IMG/VR virus record: IMGVR_UViG_3300025005_000009
Span: 1,515-65,514 of that record
DNA: 64,000 nucleotides
Reading direction: 5' to 3' (one strand)
Source of the DNA: a virus
Lineage: Duplodnaviria > Caudoviricetes
Shown piece by piece: positions 57,900 to 64,000 of the stretch. The translations under genes were made by a program, and so were the position numbers. The notes below the pieces were generated by a model. The model saw only the letters and a list, made by a program, of their open reading frames with translations, was not told the DNA's origin and did not search any database. Numbering within the stretch: the stretch's first letter is position 1; each line of letters opens with the position of its first letter.

Positions 57900-58298
57900 T
57901 TAATCCACAAAAACAGTTTTTGGTGTGAAGGTGATTGTCACCTTCTCTCTCTTGCGTCCTCCCAGCCAATCATACATCGGCATGCCTTGAAGATAGTCTT
58001 GCACTGTTGGAATGGTGCCCATGTCTTGTAGGATGTGCTTCTCGGCAATGTCTCTCACGGAAACCAGTGTCCAGAAGTCGGCGTTCGGATCTGGATCGTG
58101 ATTTTCAACCCTGATGTTGGTCCCGAACACCCTCTCAGCTAGATAGATCCCGAATGAGCTATGCAGAATGGCTCGATGCCTCATGTCCGGGAAGTGGGCC
58201 TTGCTGCTGTCCAGGAAGTCATGGATAGGGAGGTAATCCTCAGGTGAGCCAGCTCTAAAAATCTTCACACTCAGTTTCGCGTGTTCGTATGGCTTCAT
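57900..58298 (-). CDS. DUF6915-like His-rich protein
   Basis: PYEHA..SVK, YLPIHDFLDSSK, HRAILHSSFG, VRDIAEKHI. Confidence 0.7.
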   Translation of the reverse strand: MKPYEHAKLSVKIFRAGSPEDYLPIHDFLDSSKAHFPDMRHRAILHSSFGIYLAERVFGTNIRVENHDPDPNADFWTLVSVRDIAEKHILQDMGTIPTVQDYLQGMPMYDWLGGRKREKVTITFTPKTVFVD

Positions 58299-58304
58299 CG
58301 GTTG

Positions 58305-58619
58305 TTACCCTTTCTGTTCAGGCTTCACTTCAACCACTTCATAAAATTCCGTGATTGGATCGTAGTCATTGGCGTCTTCATTCCAATGGCTTGAATGCAT
58401 GGGATGGCCACTACTGACATTTTTCTCTTGAGCCTCTTTGTTCATGCGTTTGCATTCTTGTTCAGCAATCGATTTGCTGGTGTACACCGCTCTTGGTTTC
58501 CCACCTTCTGTTTCTGTGCGGTAGTAGTCCTCATCGTTATATTCCCATCCAATTTCGCAAATGACATAAGCATGGTCGATCCTGAACGCGTTATCGGGAA
58601 GTGTGTTTAAGTTTTTCAT
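58305..58619 (-). CDS. hypothetical acidic protein
   Basis: 104-aa ORF. Confidence 0.55.
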   Translation of the reverse strand: MKNLNTLPDNAFRIDHAYVICEIGWEYNDEDYYRTETEGGKPRAVYTSKSIAEQECKRMNKEAQEKNVSSGHPMHSSHWNEDANDYDPITEFYEVVEVKPEQKG

Positions 58620-59540
58620 AGAGTTTCCAGTTTTCCTCTTTTTGTAAGACTGAAATTAAAAATTCGTCCCAAAATTTTCGATCAACTTTCTCAGGAAGTG
58701 GACTGAGCCTGCTGAGTCCTTCCAGCTCGTCGATCAAGTCTTCCAGTGCTGGAGCCACTACATTGATGTAGCTCAGCTCCCCAAGCTTCACCTTCATGAG
58801 GAAGTCGGTTTCCGGGAGTGGATAGCTGAATCCTCCTACGGCGAAAATATGTCTGGTCTGATACCCAGCTCTCAGCGCATGACTGACAGCTTTCCAATCG
58901 ACGCCTTCATTCTTCTCGGCCAATCGTGCCCGGTCTCCGTAGGATTCGTAGTACTTTTTAAACGTGTACACATACTCGCTGGCTTTGGCGGTCATGGTGA
59001 CGCCTTTTCCGCATACGATCCACAAATCCCGTTCTTTATCAATACGGCAATGTTCATCCTCCCATAATTCGTCTTTAAAGAACCATATAGGCGAATCCCC
59101 TTGGCGACCAGTAAGGCTAGGACCTGGCGGACAGTTTCCAACCTTGACCCCTTTATGCCGTATTTTGCGGCCTGTTTTCGAGCATACCCGACAAATGCCT
59201 TCATGGATTTCGTATAAAACAGGTTCCGGTGCTCCTTAAGGAATTCCCAGTAGGGAGAACTACTTATCTCCATATTTCCATGCAGCATGTCAATGGCGAC
59301 CGACTGACCTTCACAGGCCAGCTGCAGGAAGTAGTGCAGAGAGTACATGTCTTCGTCAAGATCCTCAGGACCGTTTTTTGAGTGCTCCGGGCCTGCGTGG
59401 ATCTTCACTGTCTCAGGAATACGATTCAGGAGAACATCCCTCATCGAAGGAATAAATACGCCTTTGAAGTCTTTGTCTGACTTCGGTGTATTCAATCCGT
59501 ACATGTGTGAGCCAAACACGGTTTTAACGATGGTGTTCAT
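58591..59540 (-). CDS. Pol-beta-superfamily nucleotidyltransferase (T4 NrdC.11-like), split by a -1 frameshift
   Basis: N-part GSHMYGLNTPKSDKD (ORF 58992-59540); C-part VDWKAVSHALR (ORF 58591-59025); frames overlap at in-frame T TTA AAG 59079-59073. Confidence 0.8.
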
Positions 59541-59748
59541 CTGTTACCTCATGTGCCCAAAAGACCGTCACAAAATCCTGGATGCAGTTCTCCAGGGATA
59601 TTTTCTTCCAAATTCCAGTCTTCCCGGATCTGCCCATCAGGAAACACCACTGAATGAAGTGTCTCCTGATGATCTGCCTATCCGTGATCCGTTCGATGAT
59701 ATGCTCACCATTTGGTCCTGGAGAGCTGTACTCCCACGTTCTATTCAT
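59524..59748 (-). CDS. hypothetical protein
   Basis: 74-aa ORF, coupled to ligase stop. Confidence 0.45.
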   Translation of the reverse strand: MNRTWEYSSPGPNGEHIIERITDRQIIRRHFIQWCFLMGRSGKTGIWKKISLENCIQDFVTVFWAHEVTDEHHR

Positions 59749-60818
59749 GCGAATAACCTTTTCAGTTTTTCATACTCATACACTGCCTCTGGACTCATCT
59801 CTTCAAGTCCGTCATTCTCTGCGATGCTTCTCAGTTCGTGGTACCTCGCCCGTTGACCAGCCTCCATACGTTGATCCCCTCCAGAAAATCCTTCTGCGTC
59901 TGATCCATCCGGGTACTCTGGTCCGTTGAATTGCTGATCCAGGAGTCTCTTCTTGTACCACTCCGGTAATCCAGCAACTACCGCTCTTCCAAGATGCTTT
60001 GAGAAATACTTCCAGAGTTTTTGCTTGATCTCTTCTTCACATTCCGCTACAACATCAGGCCAGACTTCCTTGATCAGTTTTCCGATGTCCCGAGGATCGT
60101 TCTCCAGCTTCCCGGCATCACGAAGACGGTACACCGCTTTCTCCCAACGTGCTGGAGTCTTGTACGTGTCTACCAGCTGCTGCAGGATATCTTTCTGTGT
60201 GGGGTTGTCATCCTTCCAGGATTTGTTATGCACTTCCTTGAAGGCTTCAGAGACATACTTCCCCATCAACACATGCCCGGTCTTCTGGCAAAATTGAGTG
60301 TAGTTTTTCACGACCACACCCTCAATTTTCTGTCCACCGAGAAAACTTTCTGTGTTCAAAATATTCTGCATGTCTTCCGCCTTCATCTCACCAAAGAAAA
60401 ACGAAGGCACCACATCAATACCGAGTTTCTCCGCTTCAAGTTTCAGGGTTCCCAATGTTGCATAGGTTTCCTGTCCGGTCAGGATATCAAATAGAGCAAT
60501 GTGTCCACTTGGTACCCGGTTATATGCCAGAGCGTTATGCTTTGGACGTTGCAGATATTCCCCTCGATACACCCAATCAGGGACAAGCATGTGGGCAATT
60601 TTCGTGACATGCTCAACACCGGCCTTGAACATCCCCTCAGGTGCTTCTTTGAAAATCTGTTGACCTTTGGAGCGGATCATCAGATTTCCATCAAAGATTC
60701 CAAAAGAAAATTGAGACCCATCAACTTTTTCCTGCACAACCACTTTACCATCGAAAATATTCCCGATGGCTGGATGCCCGAGACTGTAAATCTTCGGGTA
60801 TGAAGGTAATATATCCAT
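59745..60818 (-). CDS. ATP-dependent RNA ligase (Rnl2-like)
   Basis: Motif I EKVDGSQ, GE, FD, EGVVVK, KYVSEAFKE. Confidence 0.82.
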   Translation of the reverse strand: MDILPSYPKIYSLGHPAIGNIFDGKVVVQEKVDGSQFSFGIFDGNLMIRSKGQQIFKEAPEGMFKAGVEHVTKIAHMLVPDWVYRGEYLQRPKHNALAYNRVPSGHIALFDILTGQETYATLGTLKLEAEKLGIDVVPSFFFGEMKAEDMQNILNTESFLGGQKIEGVVVKNYTQFCQKTGHVLMGKYVSEAFKEVHNKSWKDDNPTQKDILQQLVDTYKTPARWEKAVYRLRDAGKLENDPRDIGKLIKEVWPDVVAECEEEIKQKLWKYFSKHLGRAVVAGLPEWYKKRLLDQQFNGPEYPDGSDAEGFSGGDQRMEAGQRARYHELRSIAENDGLEEMSPEAVYEYEKLKRLFA

Positions 60819-60926
60819 AGCCTCTTTCCTTTCAATTAAACATCAATTGCATGATGAGGAACAGCCCTACGCACACAGCTTCAAACGCCAGTAGGGATAG
60901 TATGGCTCCTATCGAGTGCCACATGA

Positions 60927-62384
60927 TCAATCCTGCAAAGGGTGTTTTTCACCCCACTGCACATGCGCTCTGACCAGATCCAGATTCGTGACGTTGTACA
61001 ACCGGCCATCACTGAACACTCTCCTGAGAATCCCTTCCCGTTCTTGTTCCGGTGTCTGCTTCTGATACGTTTTAAAGTTCCCCTTCTTCCGGTCAAGTCT
61101 CAGTAGACCCTTGTGAGACCGCTTCCCCTTGTCCGTAATTGGGTCTTTAAAAATCTGCCTTGGCTTCCCATCGACTTCGCAGTAGGTCGCTTTAAATGCA
61201 AAGCCAAGGTCATCCCGGCTGTGTTGCTGCAAGAGTAGCCCACCGACGCCAATCACCAGGTTGGAGCTAGCAAACCCTAGATCCTCCATTCGGCTCAACA
61301 TCTCTTCGTACCTCTGCAGGTACATCCCATCACCATAGATGAGTCCAACTTTCGGGTTCAGAACCTTGTACCCTTTCGCATTGAGTGTACTTCCGAAAAC
61401 CTTCTCCAATAATCGTAAGGCTCCAACCTGTTCTGGAGTCTCATGATTCATGTACCGTGTTCCACAAATAATGTCGACCGGGTTGCCTGAGTCTGGCCGG
61501 AACACCACTTTCCCGGATCGAGCCAGGATTTTTTCCTTCAACCGTGGCGCAAAATTCGTCAAGACATTCCAGAGATTATATGTGTCGGAGACGATAGAAA
61601 TAATCGCACTCTCCGGGTACACATCCAACATCCGTTCAAACGCTTTGTATTCATTCAGTTTCCCATGGACACACATCACGCAATGCTCCGTAGCAGGAAC
61701 AGATAGTCCAACCGGGTCTTTCCCCAAGTAATATTTCTTCGCCAAGGCGACAGCAGGGACAGTATCGGTTCCCATGAAGTTCAGCAAGTGTGCTGAGCCT
61801 GAGAGTGCTGCTGTTTCTTCCGAGGATGCCCCTCGATAACCGAAATCATGGACCGCGAACGGAAGATGACCCTCATCATCGCAGGTCAGCTGTGCGTACC
61901 TGAGAGCGATTTTCTTGTACTCTGCTGAAGCCGTCGCGACTGTGCAGGTATTCCAGACCTTCAACAAGAGGCTTTCGAAAAATCCAACCAGGAATGCGTA
62001 GTCAGGGTCTGTGTTCGTGACGGTCATCAGGACTTGATTTGTTCCAATCCGGGTTCCTTCTGGAATGGCTTTAATCTCCAATGGGAAATACCCCATGTCG
62101 ACAAGGCGGTAGAGCCTGTCCTCCAGCTCTTGAGAAAGGCTCATCCCGAGAATACTGTACCGGAGTGCCAAGAATTCATCAACATCCTCGACGGTCAAGC
62201 GATGTTGCATGTATTGACAGAGGTAGTATTGAAGCCCGTAGAACAAGAGTGATCCGTATTTTTTATCGCTCCGTGCCATGAGGTACGAGTAAATCTTATT
62301 CGTGCCTTCCGGGTATTGCTCCATGTGGCCCATTTTATAGACATCGGTACACAGTAATGGATTCATCTGACTTCCCCCTTCCAC
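60927..62384 (-). CDS. nadV: nicotinamide phosphoribosyltransferase family (Nampt/Namat)
   Basis: TDVYKMGH, HDFGYRG, PATEH, SIVSDTY, RPDSG, GLIYGDG, GFAFKAT. Confidence 0.9.
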   Translation of the reverse strand: MEGGSQMNPLLCTDVYKMGHMEQYPEGTNKIYSYLMARSDKKYGSLLFYGLQYYLCQYMQHRLTVEDVDEFLALRYSILGMSLSQELEDRLYRLVDMGYFPLEIKAIPEGTRIGTNQVLMTVTNTDPDYAFLVGFFESLLLKVWNTCTVATASAEYKKIALRYAQLTCDDEGHLPFAVHDFGYRGASSEETAALSGSAHLLNFMGTDTVPAVALAKKYYLGKDPVGLSVPATEHCVMCVHGKLNEYKAFERMLDVYPESAIISIVSDTYNLWNVLTNFAPRLKEKILARSGKVVFRPDSGNPVDIICGTRYMNHETPEQVGALRLLEKVFGSTLNAKGYKVLNPKVGLIYGDGMYLQRYEEMLSRMEDLGFASSNLVIGVGGLLLQQHSRDDLGFAFKATYCEVDGKPRQIFKDPITDKGKRSHKGLLRLDRKKGNFKTYQKQTPEQEREGILRRVFSDGRLYNVTNLDLVRAHVQWGEKHPLQD

Positions 62385-63160
62385 GTAAAGATTCGTGTAA
62401 TCCCCGCTGCCCGTAAGACTTCGAGGCCTTTGCTGAAGATCCCATGCGTGACATACAGGTGGATCTCTGCTGCAGGGTTGTGTTTCCTGATCAGGTTCGC
62501 AAGTCCGGTGAATGTTCGACCGCCATCACAAATATCGTCGACAATGAGGATAGGGCTTTCGATATGAAAATCAAATTCATCAGTGCCGATGAGTCCAACA
62601 TGGAGGATCTCCCCGGACTCACTGTCTCTCAACTTCTCTGCATGGTACACCTTGACCTGATCTTCTGCAACCCTTTTCTGAAAGATCTCTGCGTACCTGT
62701 CTCTTGCTCCTTTATCAGGGAACAGGATCGACTTGGCTTTCACATTCCTTGCTGCATAGAGGATCTCAGCCGTTGCAGGGATGTTACGAAAACGCTCAAT
62801 CAACCTCCCAGCTACGAGGCTATGGGTATCATACGACTCTACCCGAGTCAAAGACATGTCGTTCAAAATTTTCGCAAATGAGTACAGACCAAACGTCTGA
62901 TTGTTCGAGACTTCTTTGTCCTGCCTGCCATATGGGAGGTACGGCATAATCAATTGAATCTTTGCGAAGCGGCTTTCAATCGATGTTCTTACCAAGTCGA
63001 CCAGCTGCCTCAGCTGCAGGATTTCACCGTCATGCTCATATTCCCAATAGATAATATTCTCGCCGCCCATGTCGATAGTGCCTTCGACAAGTTTCCAAAC
63101 TTGATGGGTCTTGTCTGGAAACTTTGTGGCCTCAATCAGGTTACCGTTTAGCTTCAGCAT
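62363..63160 (-). CDS. prs: ribose-phosphate pyrophosphokinase family (Prs/Adps-like)
   Basis: MPYLPYGRQD, DTHS, FPDKGA, AEKLRD, IVDDICDGGRTF, VTHGIFS. Confidence 0.9.
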   Translation of the reverse strand: MLKLNGNLIEATKFPDKTHQVWKLVEGTIDMGGENIIYWEYEHDGEILQLRQLVDLVRTSIESRFAKIQLIMPYLPYGRQDKEVSNNQTFGLYSFAKILNDMSLTRVESYDTHSLVAGRLIERFRNIPATAEILYAARNVKAKSILFPDKGARDRYAEIFQKRVAEDQVKVYHAEKLRDSESGEILHVGLIGTDEFDFHIESPILIVDDICDGGRTFTGLANLIRKHNPAAEIHLYVTHGIFSKGLEVLRAAGITRIFTWKGEVR

Positions 63161-63175
63161 TGTGTTCCTTTCAAA

Positions 63176-63326
63176 TGGTCGGGAAGACAGGTAGTTTTAG
63201 GGATTTCACCAATTTTCATCGAGACCGGGTTGTCCGGGTTTGCCGGGAACGGTCTGGATATCTCTCCTATATCAAGCTGTATCTCCGGCTCCTATAGCCG
63301 TTGTGCTGCTCTTACACCACTCCCCG
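63176..63326 (-). tRNA. tRNA-Pro-like RNA with about 75-nt insertion in the T loop
   Basis: Acceptor CGGGGAG/CTTCCCG-A-CCA, D stem GTGT/GCAC, anticodon arm ACGGC-TATAGGA-GCCGG, T stem ACAG/CTGT separated by a long structured insert. Confidence 0.55.
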
Positions 63327-63343
63327 AGACCAGTCGGTAAATA

Positions 63344-63415
63344 TAACCTCAAGAGGATTCGAACCTCTATCACCAGTTCCGCGCCTGTTGTATTGCCTTA
63401 TTAGACGACGAGGCT
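63344..63415 (-). tRNA. atypical tRNA (anticodon CGG or GCG; non-U33)
   Basis: Acceptor AGCCTCG/TGAGGTT, T arm AGAGG-TTCGAAT-CCTCT; mismatched anticodon stem; no CCA. Confidence 0.5.
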
Positions 63416-63702
63416 GTAGTTGATAACAGTGTGGGTTTTAACCGCGGCGCATAACATCGCCCCTTCCCGGTTTTTATGCTGCGGTCCGTTCCGAGGCCCT
63501 TCTCCGGGCCAGGCGATTCTCCGGGTCCAGATATCACGATCTCTTTATCCCCGGATTCTGGTTCGGTCATTTCATATCGTAAATTTTTCTTCGCCATGTC
63601 TTCGTAATCCTTAATTTTCACGACGTTCCAGACAACCATTTCATCATCTTCAATCTCGAAGATTGTATTGGTGTTTGGTCCTCTTATAACAAATTCCTTC
63701 AT
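63370..63702 (-). CDS. hypothetical protein within the tRNA-like cluster
   Basis: AAGGGG SD; 3' end overlaps tRNA-like element, so C-terminal half is uncertain. Confidence 0.4.
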   Translation of the reverse strand: MKEFVIRGPNTNTIFEIEDDEMVVWNVVKIKDYEDMAKKNLRYEMTEPESGDKEIVISGPGESPGPEKGLGTDRSIKTGKGRCYAPRLKPTLLSTTASSSNKAIQQARNW

Positions 63703-63718
63703 AAGATTTTCCCCTTAT

Positions 63719-63791
63719 TGGTGGAGGCTTAGGAATCAAACCTAATCACCCTACCGGGCCTTGCTTCCCTCGGATGCCGTTCAGGTCCCCC
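63719..63791 (-). ncRNA. tRNA-like RNA with 3' ACCA and aberrant core
   Basis: T arm TTAGG-TTTGATT-CCTAA, ends GCCTCCACCA; 5' GGGGG; no canonical D or anticodon arm. Confidence 0.45.
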
Positions 63792-63799
63792 ACATCATT

Positions 63800-63867
63800 T
63801 GGTGAAGGGGGCAGGAATTGAACCTGCCATCGTCATACCTATCAGGCAACGCTCACCATGCCCCCTC
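63800..63867 (-). ncRNA. short (68-nt) tRNA-like RNA with 3' ACCA
   Basis: Acceptor GAGGGGG/CCCCTTC, T arm GCAGG-TTCAATT-CCTGC; only 33 nt between acceptor and T stem. Confidence 0.55.
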
Positions 63868-63871
63868 ATTT

Positions 63872-64000
63872 TTACACCAATTCGGCTTTCGTCCATACGC
63901 TGATGAACCGGCCTTTGTTCGATGGCACAGTCGACCGAACGAATCCGATCTTTTTGAACCGGCGATCTGCGAACACATAAGCCAAGGCATGACCAGAGAT
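63872..64000 (-). CDS. C-terminal fragment of a gene entering from outside the window
   Basis: Open frame ...KGRFISVWTKAELV*. Confidence 0.5.
   Translation of the reverse strand: MSGHALAYVFADRRFKKIGFVRSTVPSNKGRFISVWTKAELV

Noticed and set aside
63200-63275. Type III hammerhead ribozyme inside the T-loop insert (GATGA...GAAA with suitable stem topology)
   Set aside because: The core reads TCGATGA rather than CTGANGA and no properly placed NUH site is present; left as unassigned structure.
35758-63614. Numerous plus-strand ORFs of 60-170 aa in the right arm, and minus-strand ORFs in the structural arm
   Set aside because: Antisense shadows of well-supported genes, with no motifs or SD support.
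1-64000. Window as a complete circular genome
   Set aside because: The edge ORFs (1-244 and 63872-64000) would join out of frame, so sequence is missing beyond the window.

Overview
64-kb segment of a lytic-looking tailed dsDNA phage, probably a siphovirus with HK97-fold head genes. A lipoprotein in the lysis genes suggests a diderm host. Three blocks are visible. (1) 1-8.1 kb, minus strand: small early-type genes, with an AT-rich module (4.3-8.1 kb) encoding a GP88-family protein and a T7 gp0.7-like kinase. Five promoters match the sigma-28/FliA consensus, and a repeat-rich non-coding region lies at 3.0-4.3 kb. (2) 8.9-35.1 kb, plus strand: HNH, terminase, portal, protease, capsid, M15 endolysin, neck/tail genes with a -1 frameshifting tail chaperone, tape measure, baseplate and fibres. 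(3) 35.1-64 kb, minus strand: nucleotide metabolism (dNTP diphosphohydrolase, NrdJ, ThyX, Dcd, MazG-like), replication (PolA, PD-(D/E)XK, UvrD, primase, SNF2), a PhcB-like methyltransferase, and a probable counter-defence island (phosphoesterase, frameshift-split nucleotidyltransferase, RNA ligase, Prs-like + Nampt-like NARP1-type pair, four aberrant tRNA-like RNAs). No integrase, CRISPR array, reverse transcriptase or sigma factor gene was recognised. All family assignments come from motif recognition by eye, not database searches.
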